64,000 nt of DNA from a virus (IMGVR_UViG_3300010882_000009); one strand, 5' to 3'. Positions 1 to 10,224 are shown, numbered from the stretch's first letter. The notes: generated by a model not told the origin, from the letters alone. Numbers and translations are program-made.

Positions 1-86
1 TATTTTACATGGGGCAATAGTATAACATGCGAAGTATGTAATAATTAATTATTTGTTAATATAAATTTTGAAGGAGAATAAAATAT

Positions 87-449
87 ATGAAACAAGAAAG
101 TAGAGAAAATATAAATCATCGCGCAAGGATATTCAAGGATAAGGCAATTATTCCTATGATAGAAGATGAACTTAAAATTCTTGTCCAAGTAATTCTTGGA
201 GATAAAAGAACGCTTGAAATAGAATATTATAAAGATATTAATTATCACGATGGAAAAGAAAGATTATTTGATCAATATCCATCATGTAAAAATTGGAAGA
301 AGGAATATTGTAAAAGCAAGCCAACAAAATATAGAGGCAGAATAAAAGAGTTAGGATATGTATTCTTTGGAGATAGTCATATTGAAATTTATTGCGATAT
401 TATAAAGTTGTTTATTGGACGAAAAGTTATTATTCCATTAAGCTATTAG
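87..449 (+). CDS. hypothetical phage protein
   Basis: AAGGAG RBS upstream; co-oriented in the + strand array; no motif recognised. Confidence 0.7.
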   Translation: MKQESRENINHRARIFKDKAIIPMIEDELKILVQVILGDKRTLEIEYYKDINYHDGKERLFDQYPSCKNWKKEYCKSKPTKYRGRIKELGYVFFGDSHIEIYCDIIKLFIGRKVIIPLSY

Positions 450-501
450 AATGAGTATTTAGCTGGTTACCAAGCAAATTAAAATATTAGGAGAATTTGT
501 T

Positions 502-701
502 ATGAAAGAATTTGCTAAAAATGCAAAGAGTGTGATCATGTATATACTTATGAATTTATAGATATTGAGACTACTATGAATACTCCAAGCGAATATGTTG
601 AATATATTATATGTAAAGGATGTGGAAAAGTTTTAAATATAGATGATAATGACTATATTGGAGATAAAATAATTTTAAGTGCAACTAATAACAAAAAGTA
701 A
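502..701 (+). pseudogene. frameshifted small CxxC...CxxC protein
   Basis: AGGAG RBS, ATG 502 gives MKEFAK; adding one A to the A5 run (517-521) continues into CKEC...CKGC to TAA 701. Confidence 0.55.
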
Positions 702-716
702 AAAGGAGATAGAAAT

Positions 717-914
717 ATGCAAAGCGAGTTTGATAAACTAATATCGAAATACCAAATAGAATATATACAGGCAAGCGCACAGGCAGCAAAGTATCTTAAT
801 GATAATAAGTTTGATAAAGCAATTTCAAAAACAATCGAGGCAAAAATAGCATTTGAAAAATATAATCATTGTTATTTGTTAAAAGGCTACGGTTTTATTA
901 ATTATGAAACTTGA
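717..914 (+). CDS. hypothetical protein
   Basis: AAGGAG RBS; 65 aa. Confidence 0.6.
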   Translation: MQSEFDKLISKYQIEYIQASAQAAKYLNDNKFDKAISKTIEAKIAFEKYNHCYLLKGYGFINYET

Positions 915-1004
915 TAAATAAAATTATACCTATATTGAAGAAGCATAGGATGTAATAGGAAATAGAAATAACATTTAATAATATTAATTAGAAAGGAATT
1001 ATTT

Positions 1005-1313
1005 ATGAGTAAATTAATATGGGAAGACATATCGACTTATAGCAAAGGCACACAAATAGAAGATATGGTTCCACACACATACAAGGCAGAGATTAACGGA
1101 TTCGAAATTATAATCCATAGGCATATTCATTATGATCCTACTTCATGGTTGTTATCTGCGCATAGCTTTGGATTAATATGTTATGAGTTAGGCAAAGGAA
1201 CCAATTTTACTTTTGAAGAAGCCGTAAAAATAGCATTAGTAAAACTATCAAAAAAACTTGCAAAATATATGCATGTATATAACTATATTGTTGAGCAAAT
1301 AGTCAAAGATTAA
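1005..1313 (+). CDS. hypothetical protein
   Basis: AAAGGA RBS; 102 aa. Confidence 0.7.
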   Translation: MSKLIWEDISTYSKGTQIEDMVPHTYKAEINGFEIIIHRHIHYDPTSWLLSAHSFGLICYELGKGTNFTFEEAVKIALVKLSKKLAKYMHVYNYIVEQIVKD

Positions 1314-1401
1314 TTACAAATATTCACACAGTTTTAAGATTTAACTTTTAATCAAATATTCATTCTATTCAAATATTAAATAATAAGGAGATTAAATTAA
1401 A

Positions 1402-2715
1402 ATGGCTTATTGCGCATATATAACAAGAATAAAAAACTTAAGAAGACATACAAATGCTGATAAACTCCTGATTGGAGAGTGTTTTGGAAACAACGTTATA
1501 GTAAGTACAAATATATCAGAAGATGAATTAGGAATTTATTTCCCAATAGATGGTAAACTATGCAATGAGTATTGCGCGGCAAATAATCTTCTACGTAATA
1601 AAGATGCAGATGGAAATCAAATAGGTGGATTTCTTGATCCTGAAAAGCGAAATATTAAAGCTATAAAACTAAGAGGTGAAATGAGCGATGGTTTATTTAT
1701 GCCATTGATTTCACTTAATAAATTTACAGATGTTTCTATACTTAATGAAGGAGATTCTATAACTATATTAAATGGACTTTTAATTTGTGAAAAGTATATT
1801 CCTATGGGCAAACATCGTAGACAAAGTGTGGGGAAAAATAAAGAGAAATCTAAAAAAATATATGATAAAACAAGTTTTCCCTTATTTATGGAACATTATG
1901 ATACATCACAGCTTGTATATAATAAAAACGCTTTTAAAGAAGGAGATCAGTGTGAAATTACTTTAAAGATGCATGGAACCTCACAACGCACATCTTATAC
2001 ATTAAAAGAGACAAGAAAATATTTGCCATATTGGTTAGTTAAAATATTTAAAGCGTTAAGATTGTTACCTAAAATTAAAAAATCATGGGAATATGTATGC
2101 GGAACAAGAAGAGTTGTGCTAAAAGACTTAAATGGTGGCTACTATGGAAGTAATGCTTTTCGACAACGGCATCATGACAGATTTGTTGGCAAACTTCAAA
2201 AAGGTGAAACTGTTTATTATGAGGTTGTTGGATATGTTTCCCCCAACACTCCTATAATGGCAGATTGCTCGAATAAAAAAGTTAATGATAAAGAATTCAT
2301 TAAACAATATGGTGACAAGACACGTTTTTCATATGGTTGTGATGACGGTGAGAGCCAAACCTATGTATATAGAATGACAATTACAAATGAGGATGGCTAT
2401 GTAGTTGAGTATCCATATGGATTAGTGAAGCTTCGTTGCGAACAAATGGGGGTTAGGTATTGTCCTACATATGAACGTTTTACTTATACAACATTTGAAG
2501 ATCTTATGGAGCATGCAAATAAATATTGTGATGGGTTCGATCCAATTGGTAAAACACATATAAAAGAAGGCATAGTTGTTAGAATTGAAAACAGAGAAAG
2601 ATTTACAGCATTTAAGCATAAAAACTGGCACTTCAAAGTTATTGAGGGAATTATTAAAGACTCAGCTACATCACCTGATATTGAAGAAGCACAAGAAATA
2701 ATAGATTATAATTAA
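1402..2715 (+). CDS. RNA ligase (Rnl2/DRB0094-like) with N-terminal tRNA-binding OB-like domain
   Basis: Motif I KMHGTS, EVVG, KEGIVVR, AFKHK; N-terminal HTNADKL and KLRGEMSDG. Confidence 0.8.
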   Translation: MAYCAYITRIKNLRRHTNADKLLIGECFGNNVIVSTNISEDELGIYFPIDGKLCNEYCAANNLLRNKDADGNQIGGFLDPEKRNIKAIKLRGEMSDGLFMPLISLNKFTDVSILNEGDSITILNGLLICEKYIPMGKHRRQSVGKNKEKSKKIYDKTSFPLFMEHYDTSQLVYNKNAFKEGDQCEITLKMHGTSQRTSYTLKETRKYLPYWLVKIFKALRLLPKIKKSWEYVCGTRRVVLKDLNGGYYGSNAFRQRHHDRFVGKLQKGETVYYEVVGYVSPNTPIMADCSNKKVNDKEFIKQYGDKTRFSYGCDDGESQTYVYRMTITNEDGYVVEYPYGLVKLRCEQMGVRYCPTYERFTYTTFEDLMEHANKYCDGFDPIGKTHIKEGIVVRIENRERFTAFKHKNWHFKVIEGIIKDSATSPDIEEAQEIIDYN

Positions 2716-2730
2716 AAGGGCGTTATCATA

Positions 2731-3393
2731 ATGAATGATGGAACAATATTAACTCCATTATATAATATTGGAGATGTTTTAATAATAAGAAAAGATTTCA
2801 CTTATGAGATTGATGGTGGAACAAAACATTGTGTCCCACCAATGGGGAAATTCAAAGGAAAAATTGTAACAATTAGCAGAGTAATAAAAAAGATGAATCG
2901 TATAGTGTATGAGATAAAAGAAGATGGTGGGACACTTTTATGGCCTGAATATTTATTTGAAAGAAAAGATGCGAAAAAGAAAAAAGTATTCTTAGGCGGT
3001 ACATGTAATAATAGCACTTGGAGAGATTTACTAATAAGCATGTTAAAAATAGGCTATTTTAACCCTGTTGTTGATGATTGGACTCCAGAGTGTATGGTAG
3101 AAGAATGCAAACAGCGTGAAGAGTGCGACTATTGCTTATATGTGATCACTCCAAAAATGCATGGTGTATTTTCAATTGCTGAAGTAGTAGATGACAGCAA
3201 TAAGCGACCAGAAAAAACATTGTTTTGTTTTTTAGAAGAAGATGATGGACTTACGTTTGATAATGATGAAATTAAGTCTCTTAGGGCTGTTGCAATAATG
3301 GTTATAGAGAATGGCGGCAAAGTATTTCAGAACCTTGACTCTATTGCTATCTGGTTAAATAATAGAGTCTACAAGTCATACAAGTCTGAATAG
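2731..3393 (+). CDS. fusion protein with C-terminal nucleoside 2-deoxyribosyltransferase-like domain
   Basis: KVFLGGTCNNSTWRD, YFNPVVDDW, YVITPKMHGVFSIAEVVD. Confidence 0.65.
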   Translation: MNDGTILTPLYNIGDVLIIRKDFTYEIDGGTKHCVPPMGKFKGKIVTISRVIKKMNRIVYEIKEDGGTLLWPEYLFERKDAKKKKVFLGGTCNNSTWRDLLISMLKIGYFNPVVDDWTPECMVEECKQREECDYCLYVITPKMHGVFSIAEVVDDSNKRPEKTLFCFLEEDDGLTFDNDEIKSLRAVAIMVIENGGKVFQNLDSIAIWLNNRVYKSYKSE

Positions 3394-3408
3394 AACAGGC
3401 ATTCTATT
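3389..3408. repeat. dispersed 7-6-7 palindrome, copy 1
   Basis: AATAGAA-CAGGCA-TTCTATT overlapping the TAG stop of 2731..3393. Confidence 0.75.
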
Positions 3409-3429
3409 AAAATAAAAGAGGTGATATGA

Positions 3430-3867
3430 TTGTTTAATAAGGATTTGTATTTACAATTATGTGAAGAATATGGTGTTCAAGATGCAGATACACTAGAAGG
3501 CGGTATAATTGTTGACGGTAAAGAAATTACGACGGAAGAATTTAAAGACATTATTTCACCATCGCTGGACTGGCGAACTATGTTTGCGGGGTTAGAAAGT
3601 AGATTTGATATGCTTGGAGCAGTAAAGTTAAACACAGAAATAGAACAACTATATAGATATAGTAATTGGGTTAATATATTAGCAGATTTTGATTGTAAAG
3701 ATTATATTATTATTGAAGCATGGGAAACAATACATCATAGCGATGATAGTAAAATTATAGCATTAATATATGATTCAGGAGAAGTAGTCTATAAAGACAA
3801 TAAAGCAAAGACAGATAAATATGCACAGTATGTTATCAATAATGTATTGAATGGGTTAACCGATTAA
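3430..3867 (+). CDS. hypothetical protein
   Basis: GAGGTG RBS, TTG start. Confidence 0.7.
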   Translation: MFNKDLYLQLCEEYGVQDADTLEGGIIVDGKEITTEEFKDIISPSLDWRTMFAGLESRFDMLGAVKLNTEIEQLYRYSNWVNILADFDCKDYIIIEAWETIHHSDDSKIIALIYDSGEVVYKDNKAKTDKYAQYVINNVLNGLTD

Positions 3868-3900
3868 TAGAAAGAGAAAATAATTTGGAGGAAATTATAT

Positions 3901-4059
3901 ATGAATAGTCAACAAAATAAAGAAGGAAGTTGGGAACCAGCGATTCCTCTCCCATATTACTATAAACTATTACCATTTATTTTTAAAAAACTAACTAGGT
4001 GGCGAGATGAGTATAACCGGCCTGCTCATTTTATAGGCTTTGAATGGATGCAAAAATAA
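3901..4059 (+). CDS. small hypothetical protein (52 aa, not in ORF track)
   Basis: GGAGG RBS; MNSQQNKEGSWEPAIPLPY... Confidence 0.55.
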   Translation: MNSQQNKEGSWEPAIPLPYYYKLLPFIFKKLTRWRDEYNRPAHFIGFEWMQK

Positions 4060-4196
4060 TTTTCTAATATTATTATGATATATATAATAAATAATCTTAA
4101 TAGAAGAACCAATGATAAATTTTTAGCAAAAATCATTCCGCAACTCAAATATTTAGTTTTTAATAAAATTCAAGAGACAATTTGGAGGGTTTATAA

Positions 4197-4640
4197 ATGA
4201 TTATCAATTTATATAAGCAACATAAGGCACGTAAGCAATTTATCAACGACTGTTTAGCCAACTTCAAAATTGAGTTCGAGCGCGAATACTATTGCAAAGA
4301 ATATAGGTGCGACTTCAATAAGAACGAAAAACTCTATTGCAATCACTTCGGTATTCACTATTATGACGATGGGAATATCGTATATGAAAATCGTGTTACA
4401 TATAATTTCGATAAGGAATATAACAAAAGAAATCCATCGCTAAAATTCTCAGTAAAGAATGCACGAGGCATGCAAGATAAGGTAGTAGACACAATTATGG
4501 CATACTTGAAAAACGTTGTCGAGAAGAACAATCCAGAATACGAGTTCTTCATCCAGTGGACGCTTATTGATGCAAGGACTGATTATGAGGTATTGTGTTG
4601 TCACAGAGGAATGACACCGAAGTCAAAAATATACTGTTAG
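4197..4640 (+). CDS. hypothetical protein
   Basis: GGAGG RBS; 147 aa. Confidence 0.7.
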   Translation: MIINLYKQHKARKQFINDCLANFKIEFEREYYCKEYRCDFNKNEKLYCNHFGIHYYDDGNIVYENRVTYNFDKEYNKRNPSLKFSVKNARGMQDKVVDTIMAYLKNVVEKNNPEYEFFIQWTLIDARTDYEVLCCHRGMTPKSKIYC

Positions 4641-4789
4641 CATCAATGGATGGGTGGATTGTAAAATTTGCAACATGTATTGTATCTAAATACAATGAAA
4701 ATTGCGTCGAATATATTTTAGAGAAATAAATAAGACTATATAGCTAGTAAAGAAAAAGCAAATATAGGATGTAATCAAGGAGTTGAAAA

Positions 4790-5200
4790 ATGTGCATATT
4801 AGTTAACAAGGAAATAGCTATAATAGGTTTATTTAGTGCTATTACAGATACAGTAATAAAATATAATAGTGAATGTAATTCAACACAGTATAGATTAGAA
4901 AATATTTATATCACGCCAGCGGATATTATTGAATATACATATTTGCTATCATATGCTGATTGTGGCCCGATTATTAGGAATTTTAACAGTGATTCGCTCA
5001 TTTCATTATTTGAAAACGAAAAATCATTATTCAAAAAACACCCAAGTATATATGGTTCTTATGCGTTATGTACAGATAAAATGTATTATACAACGGCACA
5101 TGAATATTATAAAGAAGAATTATTAGCGTTGCTTTTTAAGATGCTTTCTCCATCAATAAATTATCCGAGAAAATTTTTGGAATATATGAATATTTTATAA
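4790..5200 (+). CDS. hypothetical protein
   Basis: AAGGAG RBS; 136 aa. Confidence 0.65.
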   Translation: MCILVNKEIAIIGLFSAITDTVIKYNSECNSTQYRLENIYITPADIIEYTYLLSYADCGPIIRNFNSDSLISLFENEKSLFKKHPSIYGSYALCTDKMYYTTAHEYYKEELLALLFKMLSPSINYPRKFLEYMNIL

Positions 5201-5226
5201 ATATTTAATATTATTGGAGTGTTTAA

Positions 5227-5727
5227 ATGCATATAAAAGAATTAATAAAAATGATAAAAGATAATGGAGAACCAATTGCAGTTCAGTTTACAGATAAAAT
5301 AGATGATGGAGAAAATTATCAAAATGAAAAGATGAAAGCATATCTTACTTCTATATCATATGTTGGTGCTGGCTGCTATAGATTAGATTTTAGCATGAAT
5401 GAGTTTTTAGAATTTAATAAGACTGTTGCTAAATCAGACTTTTATGACGACAATCATAACCCATGTTTAACATGGTTTGATAAATGCTACCCTGAAAATG
5501 GGAAAGTATCTACATATATTGATGAGGATTATGATATAGATATATTTACTATTATAAATGAAAAATCAAAAGTGCTTTTAAATTATTACAGTGCAATTAC
5601 ATATGAATGTTTTAAATTTTTTGATACAGAATACGATGCGAAAGCCTTTTGTGAAAAATTTAAAGAAACTGTTTTTGTAATAAATGCATATAAAGTTTTT
5701 GATAAACATGAAATAAAATTGTTATAA
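5227..5727 (+). CDS. hypothetical protein, paralog of 42673..43233
   Basis: Shares MKAYLTSI...CYRLDFSMNEFLEFNKTVAK...NPCLTWF...YDIDIF with the 42.7 kb copy. Confidence 0.8.
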   Translation: MHIKELIKMIKDNGEPIAVQFTDKIDDGENYQNEKMKAYLTSISYVGAGCYRLDFSMNEFLEFNKTVAKSDFYDDNHNPCLTWFDKCYPENGKVSTYIDEDYDIDIFTIINEKSKVLLNYYSAITYECFKFFDTEYDAKAFCEKFKETVFVINAYKVFDKHEIKLL

Positions 5728-5794
5728 ATATAGGTGATTAAATTGGCTCAATTGTTATAAGAAAGTATAAAAGATAATAAAGGCTGTGATATAA

Positions 5795-7195
5795 TTGGAA
5801 ATCAATCTTCCAATAGATGTTCGAAATATAATGTGCGAACTTAATAATAATGGATTTGAAGCGTATATTGTAGGCGGATGTGTTAGAGATTCGTTATTGG
5901 GAGTAGTGCCTAAAGACTGGGATATAGCCACAAACGCAATGCCTAATGAAATAAAAGAAATTTTTAGTTCATATTACTTAATACCAACTGGTGAGAAGTA
6001 TGGAACAATGACTGTGTTATTAAATAAAGTATCATATGAAATAACCACTTATCGTGCTGATGGGTCATATGGAGATGGAAGGAGACCAAATGCAGTAAAT
6101 TTTTCAAATACTATTAAAGATGATTTATGCCGCCGGGATTTTTCTATTAATGCTATGGCATATAATGATGAATATGGGATTATTGATTTATTTGGCGGAC
6201 AATCTGATTTAAAAAATAAAATAATAAAGACTGTTGGGAACGCAGAGAACAGGTTTAATGAAAATGCATTACGTATAATGAGAGCAATTAGATTTGCTAC
6301 TACTTTAGATTTTGATATTTCAAAAGAAGTCATTAATGCGATTTTTGAGTGTGGTGATAATCTTAAAAATATCTCAATGGAACGTAAAAATGCAGAGATA
6401 GTAAAAATATTATGTGCTATAAATAAGTTAGACAAAGATACTTATCATTATCCTAAACTTCGCGGTATGATTGAGTATATAATTAAACGTATTATACCGG
6501 AGTTTATAGGGCTTGCTCAAATAACACATAATAACATATGGCATTATACGGATGTATTTACTCATACTATGGATATGATATTTTTTGGCTATACAGACGA
6601 TATTGAGTTGATAATGACAATACTCCTACATGATATAGGGAAACTTAAAGCGCGTGTGTTTGATGATAAGCGGTTAACTAATCACTACTATGGACATGAA
6701 ATATATTCTGTTAAAATGGCACAAGAGATTATGCATCGGATGCGATTTGACAACAAAACAATTGAAATAGTTTTAAAACTTGTTGAAGCACATGATTTTG
6801 TGCTGCAGCCAACACGCAATGTGGCAAAGAAGTTGTTGAATAAGTTAGGACATGATTTATGCATAAAATTGTTCGCATTCCAGCTAATTGATAAAAAGGC
6901 ACATAGGTGGGGATCTGGCGAATATGATAAATGGGTTTGTAAGGTTTCTGAGATTAAAACAATATGGCATGACATATTATTTAACAACGAAGCTTTCACA
7001 ATACGAGATTTAGCTATTAATGGATATGACCTTATCAACATTGGATTTGTACAAGGAAAGATACTGGGAGAGATATTAAATAATTGCTTAGAATATGTAA
7101 TTGATAATCCAGACAAAAATAACAAAGAGAGTTTAATTGCATTTGTTGTATACAAATATAATCTTGTGATGGAGAATAATGATGGAGTTTTTTAA
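5795..7195 (+). CDS. cca: CCA-adding tRNA nucleotidyltransferase (class II) with HD domain
   Basis: VGGCVRD, DWDIAT, EITTYR, RRDFSINAMA, LRIMRAIRF; HD motif LLHDIGK. Confidence 0.92.
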   Translation: MEINLPIDVRNIMCELNNNGFEAYIVGGCVRDSLLGVVPKDWDIATNAMPNEIKEIFSSYYLIPTGEKYGTMTVLLNKVSYEITTYRADGSYGDGRRPNAVNFSNTIKDDLCRRDFSINAMAYNDEYGIIDLFGGQSDLKNKIIKTVGNAENRFNENALRIMRAIRFATTLDFDISKEVINAIFECGDNLKNISMERKNAEIVKILCAINKLDKDTYHYPKLRGMIEYIIKRIIPEFIGLAQITHNNIWHYTDVFTHTMDMIFFGYTDDIELIMTILLHDIGKLKARVFDDKRLTNHYYGHEIYSVKMAQEIMHRMRFDNKTIEIVLKLVEAHDFVLQPTRNVAKKLLNKLGHDLCIKLFAFQLIDKKAHRWGSGEYDKWVCKVSEIKTIWHDILFNNEAFTIRDLAINGYDLINIGFVQGKILGEILNNCLEYVIDNPDKNNKESLIAFVVYKYNLVMENNDGVF

Positions 7196-7490
7196 GATTG
7201 TTTTAGTAATAGCATTTATTATTGTACTATCTACAAATTGGTGTGATAAATCCGATGATTATGATGAAAACGCAATGCAAATTGCTATAGTTACAAGAAT
7301 TGATATTGATAACAAGTATAAGCCAATAGCATTTATAGCTGATATAGATGGAAATAGAATAGTTGTTAATGTAATATACCAAGCAGTTGTAAGTCCACGT
7401 ATTGTAGAAATTGGAGATTATATACTTGTTATGCAATATAACAATTATAGTGATAACTATAAATTTATTAATATAGTACAGAAGGAGTGA
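7179..7490 (+). CDS. hypothetical protein with hydrophobic N-terminus
   Basis: N-terminal IVLVIAFIIVL. Confidence 0.6.
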   Translation: MMEFFKIVLVIAFIIVLSTNWCDKSDDYDENAMQIAIVTRIDIDNKYKPIAFIADIDGNRIVVNVIYQAVVSPRIVEIGDYILVMQYNNYSDNYKFINIVQKE

Positions 7491-7496
7491 ACGAAT

Positions 7497-8168
7497 ATGG
7501 TTTTAGTTTGTACACAATGCTATGAAATATATAGCGGGTCATTAATTGATAAATTGAATCCATATGGAAAGAACGGAAAAGATGATGGCCGATATTGGTG
7601 TCCTAAAACAAGCTGTATTGGGGTTGTTGTGGCAGTTGATGAAATGTATGCACCTATTATAATTGAGTTAAACAAAAAAGGGTACAATACAACAAATTGT
7701 TGTTCAGGGCATTCGTATGATAGCTGTCCTAGTGCATATATAAGTTTCGATAGATATATTAAATTTGACAGTCTTCCAGATGGGTGGAGCGCAGGGAAAG
7801 ATGATTTTTGGGAAGAGAAGCATACACGAATAGGTAAAGATTTTTGCCAAGGTTATTACATAGATAATGTGTACAATAGTGTTCCTCAGATGCAAATACA
7901 TAAAGCAATATTAACAGATGTAATTAACGTATTAGCATGGGTAGAAGAATTACCTCCGCTAACAGAAAACTATAAGCAAGTCATTATTAAAAAACGCACT
8001 GAAAAAGTCTTTTCGGATGAGGAAATTGTAGTGTTTAATAAACTAATTTTACAACATGTTACAGCATTTGGTGAGGATTTAAAGAATAACAATTTTACTC
8101 CTTATTCTTTAAGTGTTGATTGTTGTATTAACGGAACAAGTTATTGTGCTTCCGCCTATGATGTATGA
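7497..8168 (+). CDS. Cys-rich hypothetical protein
   Basis: CTQC, CPKTSC, LNKKGYNTTNCCSGH; AAGGAG RBS. Confidence 0.7.
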   Translation: MVLVCTQCYEIYSGSLIDKLNPYGKNGKDDGRYWCPKTSCIGVVVAVDEMYAPIIIELNKKGYNTTNCCSGHSYDSCPSAYISFDRYIKFDSLPDGWSAGKDDFWEEKHTRIGKDFCQGYYIDNVYNSVPQMQIHKAILTDVINVLAWVEELPPLTENYKQVIIKKRTEKVFSDEEIVVFNKLILQHVTAFGEDLKNNNFTPYSLSVDCCINGTSYCASAYDV

Positions 8169-8273
8169 TGACAATGCTGCTAGAAGTGGAAACTAGCTAT
8201 TTAGTGTTTATGTAATACAATTAAAAAATACGTTGCAATCAAAAAACTACATATTAGATTGGAGGTGTGTAGT

Positions 8274-8627
8274 ATGGAATATTATATTAAATACAAATCT
8301 GAATTAATACAGTCAATTAAATATAATGGCGAATACATGCTTTTTATAGAATTCAAATGGAGAACAATCAATCAATCTTATACAATATTTTCTAATGATG
8401 ATAGAACGCATTCTATTTGTATATGGTATGATAGCCTTGAAGATGCTTTGAGCAAAATACAGGAGCTTGATATGGAAAAAATTGTTTACAATGAATTAAA
8501 AAATAAGTTTATAAATGATAAAAATATGTCAATAAGAAATGATAAAAACAAATCAATTCTAAATAATATAAATAAATACTTAAATAAAAAGTGGAAAGAA
8601 ATTAATGTAGATATTGATGTTAATTAA
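8274..8627 (+). CDS. hypothetical protein
   Basis: GGAGGT RBS before ATG 8274. Confidence 0.65.
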   Translation: MEYYIKYKSELIQSIKYNGEYMLFIEFKWRTINQSYTIFSNDDRTHSICIWYDSLEDALSKIQELDMEKIVYNELKNKFINDKNMSIRNDKNKSILNNINKYLNKKWKEINVDIDVN

Positions 8628-8656
8628 GATTGATATAAAGAATAGATGCTTTTTAA

Positions 8657-8703
8657 AACCAACGTAGAGAAATCCCATCCCCTTAAGGGGATGGGTAGTT
8701 CAC
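8657..8703 (+). mobile_element. minimal IS200/IS605-derived single-hairpin element (left end fused to right end)
   Basis: TTTAA then GAGAAATCCCATCCCC-TTAA-GGGGATGGG-TAGTTCAC; both termini match the element at 21547-21695. Confidence 0.65.
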
Positions 8704-8717
8704 GAAGGAGCGAAATT

Positions 8718-8921
8718 ATGAATGCTCAATTAAAAAATAATGAAATGTTTAATAACTACCCTGATTGTCTTAATGTGTTACAGCTTCAACAAATGCTATT
8801 AATCGGACGTAATAAAGCATATGAATTACTTAAAACCGGGCAAATAAAGCACAAGCGAATAGGCAAGACATATATTATACCTAAGATTTGTGTACTCGCC
8901 TATTTGTTGGAAAATCTGTGA
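8718..8921 (+). CDS. xis: excisionase-like HTH protein
   Basis: YPDCLNV..LQQML.IGRNKAYELLKTGQIKHKRIGKTYIIPK; AAGGAG RBS; directly upstream of integrase. Confidence 0.8.
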   Translation: MNAQLKNNEMFNNYPDCLNVLQLQQMLLIGRNKAYELLKTGQIKHKRIGKTYIIPKICVLAYLLENL

Positions 8922-9003
8922 TTTTATTTACAATTGGCCTGTTAATGATATAATTATTACTACAATTAACGGGCTTTCTTCGTCAAAATAAGGAGGGTTT
9001 AGA

Positions 9004-10146
9004 GTGACGACTGGAAGCTTGCAAAAAAAGAACAATAAGTATTATGCTGTTATATGTTTTAACAGCGGTGGGAAACAAACCCAGAAATGGATTAGCACAG
9101 GTTATACCATTATAGGGAATAAGAAAAAAGCAGATCAATTCCTAAAACAAAAAATTGAAGAATATAGCGATGTTCAGAATGTGCAAGATACTAGGATTCT
9201 ATTCTGTGATTTTCTTACAGACTGGCTTGAAATGCACCGGGCAAATGTAGAAGCTATAACTTATGCGGGGTATAAGCGATTATTAAAACAAATACATCCG
9301 TATTTTAATCAAAAAGGAATATGTTTACTAGATTTAACAACCAAACATATCCAAGCCTATTGTACTTATAAGTTAAAGTTTGTAAGTCCTAACACTGTTA
9401 TAAAACACCTTACGCTTATAAGGACTGCCCTACAATATGCGAAAAAAACACGTGCAATAAAAGAGAATCCTGCTGATTTTGTAGAAAGGCCAAAAAAGCA
9501 GAAATTTATAGGCGATTTCTATAACAAGGATGAAATTGCAACTCTCTTGGGGGTTATTAAATGTTCACCAATCGAAACTCCTTTGATGTTCGCCATATAT
9601 TTTGGTCTGCGACGTTCTGAAATTGTTGGATTAAAGTGGAGTGCAGTAGATTGGGTCAACAGAACATTTTTCATAGGTCATAAGGTAGTCCCTATCAATG
9701 ATGATGGCAAATATAGATTAGAATTTTCCGACACCTTAAAAACAAAATCTAGCTATCGGACAATGCCACTAGATGATACATTTATGGCGTTTTTAACAGA
9801 GCTAAAATCCAAGCAGGAAATCAATAAGGAAATTTTTGGGATGTCATATTGCTATGATTATGATGGGTATATATGTGTAAATGATGTTGGGGAATTAATT
9901 AACCCAAACTATATATCTGTAGCTTTTAGGAAACTGTTGAAAAAAAATAATATGAGACATATCCGGCTACATGATTTGCGGCACTCTTCAGCCTCTTTAC
10001 TTTTAGCGCTTGGTTATAATTTAAAGGATATTCAAGCATGGTTAGGACATGGAGATATAGGAACGACTATGAACCTTTACGCCAAATTAGAGGCATCCGC
10101 TAAAAAAATGATGTTAAATGGTATAACCAACGTTTTGCAAGGCTAG
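9004..10146 (+). CDS. int: tyrosine integrase
   Basis: Catalytic R (GLRRSE), K (LKT), HDLRH, LGH, Y (NLYA); N-terminal arm-binding-like region. Confidence 0.95.
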   Translation: MTTGSLQKKNNKYYAVICFNSGGKQTQKWISTGYTIIGNKKKADQFLKQKIEEYSDVQNVQDTRILFCDFLTDWLEMHRANVEAITYAGYKRLLKQIHPYFNQKGICLLDLTTKHIQAYCTYKLKFVSPNTVIKHLTLIRTALQYAKKTRAIKENPADFVERPKKQKFIGDFYNKDEIATLLGVIKCSPIETPLMFAIYFGLRRSEIVGLKWSAVDWVNRTFFIGHKVVPINDDGKYRLEFSDTLKTKSSYRTMPLDDTFMAFLTELKSKQEINKEIFGMSYCYDYDGYICVNDVGELINPNYISVAFRKLLKKNNMRHIRLHDLRHSSASLLLALGYNLKDIQAWLGHGDIGTTMNLYAKLEASAKKMMLNGITNVLQG

Positions 10147-10224
10147 TAAATGGAATAGAATGGTATTTGCAGTTTATTAGAAAAGTATTAGAAAGCGGTT
10201 TTTTATGTGTAATTACGGGGAATA

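Noticed and set aside
8646..8717. N-terminal extension of Xis in the ORF track
   Set aside because: It runs through the IS-derived hairpin; the RBS points to ATG 8718.
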